DNA from: Haliotis cracherodii
Taxonomy: Eukaryota
Length of the DNA: 64,000 bases
Assembly (NCBI RefSeq): GCF_022045235.1
Contig: NW_027266286.1
Span: 51,522,001 to 51,586,000 of the forward strand
Reading direction: 5' to 3'
A program made the position numbers and the translations under genes. The notes below the pieces were generated by a model. It saw only the letters and a list, made by a program, of their open reading frames with translations. It searched no databases and was not told the origin of the DNA. This document shows, piece by piece, positions 9,267-22,300 of this stretch. The stretch's first letter is position 1, and the number at the start of each line of letters is the position of its first letter.

Positions 9267-11744
9267 ATGACAAACAACATACTATTATTTTTTGTCTGTC
9301 TCTCTGGAGGAGTTATTTGGGCCTGTACGTTCCATCATGACGTGAAGTATGGAGGGATATTTGTTAACTGTTCCAACAACAACCTATCCAATGTACCAAA
9401 TGATCTACCCCAAAATACAACATCGCTCAATTTGAGTACCAATCACATTGCCGTGTTGCACATTCAACCCAACAGTTCCTTGAATGCGCTGAAATACCTG
9501 GACGTCTCCAACAATAAGTTATCAAAGCTACAAAATGGGACATTTGAAAGCATTAACAGCTTAGAGGAGCTATTCTTGCAGAACAACAATCTGATGCTCG
9601 ATTCCACCACCTACCCAGATGATGTCTTCCTTCCTCTACAGAAACTTCAGAAGCTCCATCTGCACAACAATGATCGAAAGTCGGAGGGTAGCTATCCAGA
9701 AACTGCTTTCGGTAAACTCAGGAGTGTTGTTGAATTGAAAATTGACACATTTGAAACCTCCACCTTTGGATCTGGGTTTGCCAAAATGACCAGTCTCAAA
9801 AGGCTTCTTTTGGGGTTTAATGGTTGCAAGATTCAAAGAGTGTCGAACGATACGTTCCGATCTTTTAAACACATCCCAATTGAAGACCTTGATCTTCGTA
9901 TTTGCCCATTAGAAGCTGTAGAAAAAAAGTCATTTGTCGATTTGAAAAGCCTGAAGGATTTGAATCTTTCTCAGGGTAAATTAGTGAGCCCAGTAGAGGC
10001 TGTTACATCTATGTATGGTTTAAATGGGTTAAACCTGAAAAGGATTTTACTTGATGAAAATTACAACTTCCATAACTTTCAGTATGGTAGTATTGAACTA
10101 AGAACTCTTACAAAAGAAGTGCTGGATAATGTACACGGTGTATGCGTTGAGCAGATGTCCATGAAAAAAAACCAAATAGCATGGATTGATTCTTCTATCC
10201 TAAAACCCAATTCACGTTTCTCCAACTGCATTGTACATATTGACCTGTCTGATAATGATTTGCTGGGAGACAGGAATATTTTATTCCAACTTGTCTTTGC
10301 GCCTCAATTAGTATTTGTGAATATTACAAATCACTTGAGAAGGAACGAGTTCTTCCCATCAATGTCTCAACACAACTCCTTATTGTCAGTACCAACATTC
10401 CAGTTCACTTTGCCCCCCAAACTAAAGTACTTTTATAGCCATGGCACCTTTGGCATGGGCTCCATACAGGGTAACATTGAATTTAAAAATGCTGTATCGC
10501 TCCAAAGTTTGAACCTTGCATTTAACGGATGGTATGCCTTCCAATATAATATATATGGTTTGGAGAACCTCACTGATTTAGATATCTCTGGAAACTACTT
10601 TACCAACATGAATCCTGGTGTCTTGAAATCTTTCCCAGGCCTAAGAACTCTCACGATGTCTCAGATTGGCTTTAGCAAATACTTCCTTCTTCGGCAGGGA
10701 CGTCAGATGTTTTTGCCTTTACGCAAATTAGAAAATATTATTCTTAGTCGCAATGATTTAGCAGTCATGGATCCTAAGATATTTTCTGGAAATCAACTGA
10801 CTGCTATTGATTTATCCTTTAACCGTTTTGAAAGAATTCCCTTTGACATCACAACAACTCCGTCTCTGCAACGTCTTGACCTCAGTTCCAACTCACTGCC
10901 TGTGTTATCAGAGTTAGAGAGAACCCTGTTTGATTCCCTAGCAGCAACAAATAACTTCACGTTGAACCTTGACAACAACCTTCTGTTCTGCGGATGTGAG
11001 AATTTAGTCTTTGTGTTGTGGCTGTTCCACACAGATGTGAAAGTTGAAAACAGAGATTCTTATACCTGTGTATCTGATAGTGGCCATATTACACGCCCAT
11101 CATATATTTATGATCATTATGATGAAATATGGAGAAAATGTTCCGGACCGATTTGGCTGTCACTATCTGTTTCTGCCTTTGCACTGATTATATTATTCAT
11201 GATTCTAATCTATTTGATAAACCAGAGAAAGACATTACTTCTAAACATCATTTACCGGTTGTTTGGGTTGGTAAATGTTGCCAAACCGCCAAAGCGTACT
11301 GACTTTCCCAACGATGCCTACATCGGCTACAGTGACTGCGATTATCAGTACATCTGTCACACTATGAGAGAGCACCTGGAAGACAGACATGGAGTCAAAC
11401 TCTTCCTGAAGGATAGAGACACCATCCCTGGAGGACAAATAGCTGACGACATCATCAACGGAATAGATTCCAGTTGGAAAACGCTCCTAATTCTAAGCAG
11501 ATCATTTCTGGAAGATCAATGGTGTAGCTTTACTGTTAATCGTGTTGTGTATTCCTCCTCTATACTACCCACAGGAAGTGTCGTTCTTGTGCTGTTTGAG
11601 GACGTGAAACAAGGGGACATCTCCCCGGCCCTGCTGAATGTTGTGGAGGAGAGACACATATTCTGTGTAAAGAAGTACATGGACGATCAGGGGAGACTCT
11701 GGAGAGACGTTAGTCAGTGCATCATGACTAAATCGGAATTATAA
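9267..11744 (+). CDS. Toll-like receptor (single cysteine cluster type), intact, 825 aa (TLR-A)
   Basis: Signal peptide, LRRNT, many LxxLxLxxN repeats, LRRCT (NLLFCGC...C...C), TM helix (WLSLSVSAFALIILFMILIYLI), TIR domain (DAYIGYS, DRDTIPG, SRSFLEDQWC). Splice acceptor TTTCAG ends at 9255, just before the ATG. Confidence 0.97.
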   Translation: MTNNILLFFVCLSGGVIWACTFHHDVKYGGIFVNCSNNNLSNVPNDLPQNTTSLNLSTNHIAVLHIQPNSSLNALKYLDVSNNKLSKLQNGTFESINSLEELFLQNNNLMLDSTTYPDDVFLPLQKLQKLHLHNNDRKSEGSYPETAFGKLRSVVELKIDTFETSTFGSGFAKMTSLKRLLLGFNGCKIQRVSNDTFRSFKHIPIEDLDLRICPLEAVEKKSFVDLKSLKDLNLSQGKLVSPVEAVTSMYGLNGLNLKRILLDENYNFHNFQYGSIELRTLTKEVLDNVHGVCVEQMSMKKNQIAWIDSSILKPNSRFSNCIVHIDLSDNDLLGDRNILFQLVFAPQLVFVNITNHLRRNEFFPSMSQHNSLLSVPTFQFTLPPKLKYFYSHGTFGMGSIQGNIEFKNAVSLQSLNLAFNGWYAFQYNIYGLENLTDLDISGNYFTNMNPGVLKSFPGLRTLTMSQIGFSKYFLLRQGRQMFLPLRKLENIILSRNDLAVMDPKIFSGNQLTAIDLSFNRFERIPFDITTTPSLQRLDLSSNSLPVLSELERTLFDSLAATNNFTLNLDNNLLFCGCENLVFVLWLFHTDVKVENRDSYTCVSDSGHITRPSYIYDHYDEIWRKCSGPIWLSLSVSAFALIILFMILIYLINQRKTLLLNIIYRLFGLVNVAKPPKRTDFPNDAYIGYSDCDYQYICHTMREHLEDRHGVKLFLKDRDTIPGGQIADDIINGIDSSWKTLLILSRSFLEDQWCSFTVNRVVYSSSILPTGSVVLVLFEDVKQGDISPALLNVVEERHIFCVKKYMDDQGRLWRDVSQCIMTKSEL

Positions 11745-13675
11745 AGAAAACGATGAAAATTGCTGATCTGTGGAGATTACATGTTCCTTGTACATACGAC
11801 CTGATACTAGCATGCATTCGTTTCGGGGGTTGTTTAATAGTGTGGACCATGTAAACAACACAACATTACTGACACCTATGAACTGTTGTACCAAATGTGG
11901 TGACCCACTGTATGGGTTGTTATTGCTCTTTAAGCAATGTTGAGTATACAATTGATGCTATACACTGCATTCTATACACTGCACTGCATCCCACTCAGCA
12001 TATACCTAGTGAGAGACAACATATACCTAGTGAGATACAGCTCAACATCTCTTGGCTTATTCAACGACATTGCGTGAGATGATAGATCACTGAGAGGAGC
12101 TTATGCACACTCAATGGCCGCAGCAACCCCGTTGCTAGGCTGACATCACATGGCATTGTTTCGCCTGTGGATCTTGCAACAAAATTCCACAAATCACGTC
12201 ATTGAGTATTGTGACGTGATTGAAAACGTTGTGGTGCATGTTCCCGTTCCACAAGGCGATCGTACTGTAGCACAACGACAGTCGTAAGTTTCTGTTAAAG
12301 CATGTGAGTTACGATCATCTTAGGGCAACGATAACTTTGCTGAACGGACGCCTGATTTCTAAAGGTGGACCGTTGTATGGTATCAAATTAATATGTGTCA
12401 ACGTTTGACGTGTTTGAAGTATTGTTCTTTTAAACTCAATTGGATTACGTTGAAAACCATGTAGGTGTTTTCCTATTCATTCGGGAATTCATTCATTTCG
12501 CTCGTCAAATACCACAACTATTCACTGTTTCATAAAACTGGTATCACACGGGAGCTCGTTTAATTCGTATTCAATATTTCTGTCACAATATGACCTCCCA
12601 TATCCAGTATATCAGAGGCCAAATGAATTCTCCACATGGGTACTACGTGTGAAGACCATTTCTAGTGTCCCCCGCCCTGCTATTGCTGGAATATAGCTGC
12701 GAGAAACCATACTCACGCACTCACTCAGAATAGGAAATGGAATCGGTCCCTCTGAATAATAATGGGAGTTTAGCATGCTGAATCCTATTAAATGTTTTTG
12801 GGAGCCAGACTTCCATATGTGGCTTTACCTGATACTGTGTGCTGAAGTGTGTCTACTTGGGTAGCCAGTTGTTCCTATTCTCACCGAAATATGTCATAGC
12901 CAGAAAACATTGGTGGCTCACATCGTTATACTGTCATCATTTCAGTATTTTACAACGTCCTGTAAACTTGTAAAACTATAAATTTGTGAAAAACATTTGT
13001 TTTGTATAATAACTTTTACTTCTCTTTCCGACTCAATAAACCTTCATTTCAGGGGTCATATTTTAGTTGAACCTTCGGATATTCTATGCTGTCTATGTTG
13101 ACATGCAAGCGGCTATTTATTTGCCAAGTAGATCTCACGGTTTTGCTCTCGATATTTCCGGGCTCTTGATATTAGCAGCCATTTATACTCCGGATGTTCA
13201 ACCAACATATTTATGATGCGTCATATATTCGTACACTTACTAAGAGTTTATCGGTTTATTCGCTCCTTGACACATGCAGAACATTTTAATGTCAGGTTAC
13301 CACATTTTCATGATAAACACTGTTTGCTTTACGTTGGACCTCGTGGCTCTGTAATGCCATGATTGATAAATAAAAACTAAAAAAGCTGCTTTCGGACTTT
13401 ATTTATAATATGATACTTTCGTACGATATTTCTTTTTCTCTTGTCACTAAGTATTCACAATCATTGGGACATAATATTGTTAGAAAATTATGTTTCTGGA
13501 ATCTTTTATAATTTCCTGGGTATTTTACCATTGCTGTAAATTTAGAAAAACATAATGATTGAACATAAATACAGTATGTATTTATCACAAAGCACAAGTT
13601 CAGTTCAAGCATGTTTTCAATGTACATTGAATGGAAACTCTACTTACAAAAATGAAAATAACTCTGTCCAACAGG

Positions 13676-14031
13676 GGACCGCCTCCGTGGTCTAGTGGTA
13701 GAGCGTCCGCCCGGAGAGTGGAAGGTCCGGAGTTCGATCCCCGGCCGCGTCATACCAAAAGACGTTAAAATGTGGTACTTGTTGTTATCCTGTCTGGCGC
13801 TCGGCATTAAGGGGCTAAAACAAGAACTGGTCGGCTCGGAGTCAGTATACTATGTCTGAGTGGGGTATTCATGTTAAACTGCAGCATGGTATCTCATTGA
13901 GCTAGCACTATAAATCGGCATCAGTCCGGTCTAGTACAAGCAGCCACACACACACACACACACACGTGAATGCACGTCGCTATATAAGTGCAATAATCCT
14001 GGAGGCGACGTTAAACCCCATTTCACCTCAC
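13676..14031 (+). mobile_element. tRNA-derived SINE (family 2)
   Basis: A box TGGTCTAGTGG and B box GAGTTCGATCC. 12-bp TSD CTGTCCAACAGG (13664-13675 / 14032-14043). Related copy at 44179-44555. Confidence 0.88.
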
Positions 14032-14043
14032 CTGTCCAACAGG

Positions 14044-14430
14044 TAACCGCCTCTGTGGTATAACTAATAGAGCGTCTATCTTGTTGATACCCTGCCTGGC
14101 GTTAAATAAAGACGTGTCGGCTCGGAATTAGTATAATGTGTCTGAGTTGGGTATCCAGGTTAAACTGTAACTAATAGAGCGTCTGTCGGTGTTCGATCCC
14201 TTGGCTGCGTCATACAAAGAGACATTAAATCGTGGTACTTGTTGATACCCTGCCTGGCGCTAAATAAAGACGTGTCGGCTCGGAATTAAGATACTGTGTC
14301 TGAGTTGGGTATCCATGTTAAACTGTAAAACTAACATAAGTCCGGACTAGAAAACTAGACACACAGTCGCTATATGAGTGAAATAATCTTGAATGTGACG
14401 TTAGACCCGATTACACCTCACACCCAATTA
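14044..14430 (+). mobile_element. Older, internally duplicated copy of SINE family 2
   Basis: Degenerate match to 13676-14031. Paralogous old copy at about 60750-61020. Confidence 0.7.
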
Positions 14431-14725
14431 CACCTGTCCTACAGTGTTTATTTGTGTTGTCTTGCTTTCGTTATTACAAATTACACCAATGCTACTCATA
14501 TCATGAAATGAAATGTCATGTTCCGTTTTCAGGAAACCCTAAGGGTCCCAAAAGCAACCTTTTTCATTGTTATACTCATGAGAACTGAGAATTATTTCTT
14601 CAGTTGGTTTCTCACTGTATGTGTGACACAGAAAGAAGCTGAAGTATACAAGAATAAAAAGTAATGTGAACACCTGCCTTGCTATTGACCATGCGTCATT
14701 TGACTTTTTTCAAGGAAGGGATATA

Positions 14726-15985
14726 TACTCTTCAAAAAAAGAAACGCAAAGCTAGATTTGTATGAGGTAGGAAAATACATTTATACGAACCGTACAAAGT
14801 ATTGAGCCAAAATGTTGTGGGGAGAACACTAGTCATATCTGTACATAGGAAAAGTCCCAGGTGAAGGCCAGCTACCATCAAAAACGCGCATGTCCCCCGT
14901 TGGAATCGATAGTGGCCTGACATCTCCTTCCCATGCAAGAGCCGAGTATGCGAATCACATCCTGGGGAATGGTAGCCCACTCAGCCTGCAACGCAAAAGT
15001 CAACTGCTGCAACGCCTGGGGTTGTTTTTGACGTCGGCGTAGCCGTCTATCCAATTCATCCCACAGGTGCACTATCGGGTTCAAATCCGGGGATCTGGAG
15101 GGCCAGGGGAGAACATCAACGTTGTTGTGTAGACAGGCCGAGCGTTGTCCTGCTGGAATACACCGTTGCCGTTGGCTGCAATGGGGAGGACGTGTGGTAG
15201 GAAAATTTCGATGATGTATCGTTGAGCCGTAAGATTGCCCTGGATATGGACCAAACCTGTCCTGCCATGATGAGAGATATCCACCCACATCATAACGCTA
15301 CCCCCACCAAACCTGTCCACTTCCTGTACGCAGTTTCCGGCGTAACGTTCTCCTCGGCGTCTGTCAACCCGTGCTCTTCCATCCCCGGATGACAAATCTT
15401 GATTAGTCGCTGAACCAGGCATCTCTCCATCGCAGTTGATGCCATACCCTGTGTTGACAACACCAATACAGTCGTTGTTGACGATGTTGTCGACTTAATA
15501 TGACGCGTCGAACAGGACGTCCTGCTCTTAGACCTGCTGCCCTTAAACGGTTTCGTACGGTCTGGTCGGAGATTCTGCGCAGTCCGGGTATTTGGGATGC
15601 GGTTGAGGTGGATGTGATCATCCTCTCATGTAGGTGGTGCAGTCGGATGTAGCGATCTTGGGCGGGGGTGGTTACTCCTGGTCGTCCCGACCTGGCCAAT
15701 CATGTGTTGACCCATGCTGCTGAAACCGATCCAAACCGAAACCATGCACTTTAATACCGTTCATAGTGCTGCTGCACGTGAAGTACGTGCAGCTCCATGG
15801 CCCTCATGTTAATGCACTGGGTGCGTTTTTCCGAATCGAACGTGTTTCCCGACTTATGGTTTGCATTTCTATTTGTCACTGACACTACAACACATTAAAC
15901 CTCTTCATTTTGCACCTTTTGGTCCGCTAGTTTTGCTTTTATGGCTAAAAATATCCGTTTAGCGTTTCTTTCTTTTTTAAGAGTA
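14726..15985 (-). mobile_element. Tc1/mariner DNA transposon with decayed transposase
   Basis: TIRs TACTCTT.AAAAAAAGAAACGC flanked by TA. Transposase fragments RSGRP..TT, GGGSVMMW, FQQDNARP and WPSRSPDLNPI lie in three frames. Confidence 0.93.
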
Positions 15986-16589
15986 TATAAGAGAAAGATT
16001 GTCCGCGTACAAACAAGACCGCATTAGACTGTCGTCGAGGTAGGGCGTGTTGTCAGTCGCTCTCACCTGTTTTGTTAGATTGGGTCAGATAAGATAAGGT
16101 AATTCATGCTTTATTGCCCGTGAGAGAAATCTTTTTACATCAGAGTGTCACAAATGTTACACAAAATATAATACATAATATATAAAACGAATACAAATAC
16201 ATATAAAAAACATAGACATAACATGGAATATAACATATTAAGAGCATTTTTTTTTAAAGGTAACGGATACAATTGCTGTAGATATTGGGCTAAAAAGCTT
16301 AAAAACACTAGGTTTAAACACATTTAAATGTGCTATGCTAACTGAAATAAATAGCGTTACAGTTCATTCGTTTTTGGTTTTAACAGGAATTTATATCACC
16401 AAGATAAGTTAATATCACTGTCAGCATCAAATAACAGCAGCTTATTTTGTTTCCATAATTGCTATTATTTGGTATTTTCGCTGTACCACGGACTTCTCGC
16501 CCCACGTGACTGGTATCAGTTTTAGTTGGCTGTGTTTTTTGCGTGGTCGTCGTTGGTCGCAAATCGCTTCAGTTAAGTATATCGTTAGT

Positions 16590-16746
16590 TGGTATGGTTG
16601 AACGCCGTTTTTAGCAATATTCCTGTAATATCACGGCAGGGGGACACCAGAAATGGGCTTCACAAATTGCCTCTTTTGCGGTATCAAACCCGGGCCTTCA
16701 GGGCGATGAGCGAACTCTATCACCACTAGGCTACCTCACCGCCCCC
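16590..16746 (-). mobile_element. Short tRNA-derived SINE (family 3)
   Basis: tRNA-like head on the minus strand (GTAGCCTAGTGG...GGTTTGATACC). Related copies near 12630-12727, 34730-34812, 61710-61880 and 61945-62075. Confidence 0.75.
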
Positions 16747-16951
16747 TATGGATAGCGATAATGACGGGGATGGCGATGAAGATAATTCATATACAGCAGA
16801 ATTTGAAGAAGCGTCTACTGATTATATAGAAATTTATAGAAACTAACATTACCATAGTAATAAAAAACGCAAGCACCAAGACTTGACTCAAGGTGAAACG
16901 ACCATTTCGGATGTGCCCATTAAACCTGTGGTGCTATTTACGACAGTTGAC

Positions 16952-18920
16952 GGGGGCACGGGTGGCCCAGTCGTTTAAGGCGCCGCGATTCACTGTGCAG
17001 AGTTGCGTCCCTTGGGCACGCCAGAAAGCTATGATTGTGGGTTCGAATCCCGGTTCGCCCCGATTATGTTCCTAGGTTTGTCAGCACCATACCCGTGCTC
17101 GTAGGTTTCACCGAAGTGGTAAACGTCCGAGACCTGCATCACTTCGGGCTTTCCTCCCACATTAAAGGGGCACTGATCTAAAGCAATTCCCCGGGACTGG
17201 TTGTTGCCTTTGTTGTTGTTTTTTCCAAGTGAGTACCTGGATGTATAGCAGAAATCTAGACTAGTTCGCGACCTCTGCTGCGCCATTCGTAAGCGCATTA
17301 GTCACTTTTATCGGTAGTAATAAGGGCGTATGGTCACATTGATCAACAAAATGAAATACAGTTTTCGAGATAATAAGGAAATGTAGGTATCTTTGTGGGT
17401 AGCATCGGTAAAGGTGACGAAGTTTTGATAAGTTACTTGCTTGGTAATTTTGCGATTTTCGTTTACACTGTTTTGACTTGCAACACAAAGTAAATATTTC
17501 CCCTGAGCATTGCTTTTTTATAGTGTGTATATTTTTTTACTGTCAAAATGTGTAACATTTTAAAATTTATTAAACGCCTAAATATTCAGTTATTTTACAA
17601 AGTGACTGAAAAACATTTCCATCTGTATTATTATAATAACGAATTCCAAACATGTTGATGTTTAATGTCATCACCAAGAGACTGAAAATGTTACGTTGAA
17701 AAGTACATTTCTATGTTGTATGGCTTCTAATCCTACATAATAATCTGTTGTGATGTTTTTAGGCCCTTTTGATCGTCTTAATCAATTTTAGTGAATCTAC
17801 AATCAAATATTTTGAAATATATATATCGTTTCGGGATGTTATAACCCGTGTTCGTTTCTCAACTGATCACATAGATTGTTTCAGGTGTTTCACATAGGTG
17901 TCAAGTCTCAAGGGTCGGCTGGGAAAGCCCACGTGACAACTATTGTCATAACGTCCACGGTTCCTAAAAAATACATTGAGTGATAGATAACAATGAGCAA
18001 TCAATCAACGTATTATCAGTTAACCCTTTGAACAAAGTATGTTGTTTTTACACCGGCACTTTACGCCATGATATGAGTGTATTCCCTTTGTTTTAGTAAA
18101 CCTAGACATGTAAACACTCACTTTTGACATATCCCCTGTGCAAGATAACAGTGACTAATCAATCAACGTATTTTCTGTTAATCCTTTGATGACTAGGAAC
18201 GATCCGTTGATTTACAAAAAAAAGTAAATCAACTGATCATTCACCTCTTGCTGGGCCGCCACGTGCATATTACATAACAAACATTTCACCTCACTTCAAA
18301 CCTGGATTTAGATTGAATAATTACCCCAGACACAATAAATACCAAATGGGACCCTTTGTCAGGTAATCTAAGTGGTGCTACCAATAATTGTACCTGTAAT
18401 AAATTCATTAACTGAGCATCAAGTGAATGACGACAAATACACAAGTGTAGGGTTATACCAGAAGACGTGGATGACAACGAGGGAGTAGTAATCATATGAT
18501 AGACGCAATCCGCAATTTACTGCATGGATACTTTTTTTATACTTAAGCTATAACTATCTGGAGTATTTCCAAATGACGACATCCGATGAGCTCCACCGTT
18601 CTTTATGTCCGTTTGTTTAGGCTGAAGAAATTAATTAATATGCGCCCTTTGTCGAAATCTTTATAGATCACAGTTAACCAATCATTGTTCAAAAATGCGT
18701 AAAACAAATATTGCCTCCAGCCTCTAAGTTTATTTAGCTGTCCTTGCAGACGGTAGCCCAGTCTCTGGTCACGCTCAGTTGCGTTGCTTATCATCCGGGT
18801 ACTCACGGGGGAAAAACAATAACAAAGTTAACAACCAGTCCGGGGAATTGCGTTAGATCAATGCCCCTTTAAGCTGACACGCCGTGATATAACTGGAATA
18901 CTGTTAAAAGCGGCGTAAAA
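16952..18920 (+). mobile_element. tRNA-derived SINE (family 4), split by a DNA transposon (SINE parts 16952-17165 and 18869-18920)
   Basis: A box TGGCCCAGTCG and B box GGTTCGAATCC. Uninterrupted junction CCCACATTAAGCTG at about 38740 and in the 40455-40720 copy. Confidence 0.85.
17166..18868. mobile_element. Non-autonomous DNA transposon, Kolobok-like
   Basis: Roughly 80-bp imperfect TIRs (AGGGGCA.TGATCTAA.GCAATTCCCCGG...GTGAGTACC.GGATG) with a TTAA TSD (17162-17165 / 18869-18872) and purine-purine termini. Confidence 0.82.
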
Positions 18921-19379
18921 ACCCAACTCACTCACTCACTCTAGCACCCACCACTCACACAACAAAGCAAAACCATTTGATGGGAAATGGATCGCACTTT
19001 CATGAATGTAATAAAGTAATAAGTGCGAGGGATTAACATGATGACGTTAACTAAAAACAACAGACTCTGAAGGATAATATTGTAACAACATGATGGACAG
19101 AGAACACTTGTGACTATTAATCCTTCACCTACGATATGTAATTCTGTACCAACCTAATGGTTATCATATTTTTAAGACTCTCCCCATGGCCTTTGTATAT
19201 TTTTTATGAACCTCCCTGAAAAGAAAACAATGAAAAAACTACATTTTTTATCAGAAAATATCCATTTTATCAAGACCCTCCCCAAATAAGTGCATAATTT
19301 ATGATCCTCCCCCAGAAACTGACACATCTAGTACATGACCGGCCCTTAAGTATGAGAGCTTGTATGTCAGGTCCAGGGT

Positions 19380-22300
19380 GCCGTTTCACGAAAGCCTCTT
19401 AGCGCTAGGACCTCCTAAACCACGTCGTAAACTCCTCTATGTAAGACAGTGAGTACCGTTTCAGGAATATGGAGAATACATCAGTGATACTATTATGAAA
19501 GTGATGCTGTTATAAATGTAAATTCATTTTGTCCCCTCTAGCAGTATATTACTTGGTTTGGGGTAAGGGTTAGCTGCACACACAACCACACCTCAACCGT
19601 TACCCCAAACACTGTTTATATAAAACAAATATGTATCATAAAGGCTCTCTCATATTACATATAAAGTCGTACATACTTCGTGCATAAGCATACATGTTAC
19701 ATAAATTTACTCCTTCATGTGTGACACGGTCATTATTTCCTTCCTTAACCAAGTTTCACGTTGTCACAATGATAATAAATCCTTGAAACCCGGATCTCAC
19801 TTGGGGCTTCAATACAAATGAATCCGAGCTCACTTGCACCACAACAGCGGAAAAGACCATAGCCGGCGCACTGAGAAATAGTTGTGTTAAACGAAGATCC
19901 ATGTTAATATGTAAGTATCGTAATATATTTAAGTGAGTGAGTGAGTGAGTGAGTGAGTGAGTGTAATAATGGTATATGACTAAATGCTAAAATATTGGGA
20001 AACTGCAGTCAGTGTAATATCTCAATGCAAATACTTTGTACATTTGTTGTGATGACGGTGTAATCACTGCAACTGCCGGATAGAACACAGAACATGAGGA
20101 CCAAGACTAAACATTACCAGGTAAGGTGAACATGATGTATTTTTTTTTAAAATTTTAAATTTAAAGTTAAGGATGAACGACATGAAGTGGGTTTAATGAT
20201 ACTTAACAATAGGATGCTATCTCTCTTTCAAAATCAAGGAGGTCTCACCAACGCATATCGTCCTAACTGTAGGATAGATGAGGCCGGAGTGTATGAGTAG
20301 TATCACATTTTGGGCAATGAAATGCTTTCTGTGTCCTATTTAGAAAAGAACCAAAGATACCTTTCTCCCAATAAAATGTAATTAATTCAAAGTAAGTTTT
20401 GATTTATGTTCATAATGGCGTGAAATGGTGTAAACAGTGATACTTAAGTGCTTAAAAATGCTTGTCTTGACACAACAGATATACAAGCACCCTGTGAGGA
20501 TTCCGGTTTAAAAAGATCCTCAATAACTATACTTGTTGTGTCAAGCGATTAATGTGTCGGGTGGTGAGGCTCGATGGCTTGGTGACTTGGCTGATTGTAT
20601 GTCACCGTACTCCGACGGTGTGATACGTTGATCATAATATCAATCACCGTTATGTCTGGACCTGATTGGAGTATTTACAGACCCCGTTATTACCTTTGCT
20701 GAGTGCGGTATTGAACAAGAAACAAGCGCAAATAAGGAAAGAACGTTGGATTAAACGTAAAAAGTAGGGGGCGTTTCAAAAGTGATACAAGAAAAAAAAA
20801 GTATGATTAAATCTGGACAATTTAAATCTGGAAAGCTCGACCAAATTTGAATTAGAAATTACATGAAATACTATATGTTCGTCTTAATTGTGATGGTTGT
20901 GAAACCCGACATCTCATATATGCTACTTAAAATAGTATTTGTTCCATTTCAGACAACCTAGAGATGACAAAGAACATACTATTATTTTTTGTCTGTGTCT
21001 CTGGAAGAGTTATTTTGGCGTGTACGTTCCATCATGACGTGAAGTATGGAGGGATATTTGTTAACTGTTCCAACAACAACCTATCCAATGTACCAAATGA
21101 TCTACCCCAAAATACAACATCGCTCAATTTGAGTACCAATCACATTGCCGTGTTGCACATTCAACCCAACAGTTCCTTGAATGCGCTGAAATACCTGGAC
21201 GTCTCCAACAATAAGTTATCAAAGCTACAAAATGGGACATTTGAAAGCATTAACAGCTTAGAGGAGCTATTCTTGCAGAACAACAATCTGATGCTCGATT
21301 CCACCACCTACCCAGATGATGTCTTCCTTCCTCTACAGAAACTTCAGAAGCTCCATCTGCACAATAATGATCGAAAGTCGGAGGGTAGCTATCCAGAAAC
21401 TGCTTTCGGTAAACTCAGGAGTGTTGTTGAATTGAAAATTGACACATTTGAAACCCCCACCTTTGGATCTGGGTTTGCCAACATGACCACTCTCAAAAGG
21501 CTTCTTTTGGGGTTTAATGGTTGCAAGATTTCGAGAGTGTTGAACCGAACGTTGCGATCTTTTAAAAACATCCCAATTGAAGACCTTGATCTTCGTAGTT
21601 GCCCATTAGCAGCTGTAGAAAAAATGTCATTTGTCCATTTGAAAAGCCTGAAGGATTTGAATCTTTTTCAGGGTAAATTCATGAGCCCAGTAGAGGCTGT
21701 TACATCTATGTATGGTTTAAATGGGCTAAACCTGACAAGTATTTTACTTGATGAAATGTACATCTTCCTTAACCTTCAGTATGGTAGTATTGAACTAAGA
21801 ACTCTTACAAAAGAAGTGCTGGATAATGTACAAGGTGTATGCGTTGAGCAGATGTCCATGAAAAAAACCCAAATAGCATGGATTGATTCTTCTATCCTAA
21901 AACCCAATTCACGTTTCTCCAACTGCATTGTACATATGGCCCTTGCTGATAATGATTTTCTGGGAGACAGGCATATTTTATTCCAACTTGTCTTTGCGCC
22001 TCAATTAGTGTTTGTGAATATTACAAATCACTTGAGAAGAAACGAGTTCTTCTCATCAATGCCTCAACACAACTCCTTATTATTAGTACCAAACATTCCA
22101 GTTCACTTTTCCCCCTAAACTAAAGTACTTTTATAGCCATGGCACGCTGAGTGACATTGGCTACATAAACGGTAACATTGAAATTAAAAATGCTGTATCG
22201 CTCCAAAGTTTGAACCTTGGATTTAACGGATGGTATGCCTTCCAATATAATGTATATGGTTTGGAGAACCTCACTGATTTATACATCTCTGGAAACTACT

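Noticed and set aside
13676-13750. tRNA genes at 13676, 16952, 40720 and 44179
   Set aside because: The tRNA-like heads continue into repeated SINE bodies and tails, with a TSD at 13676.
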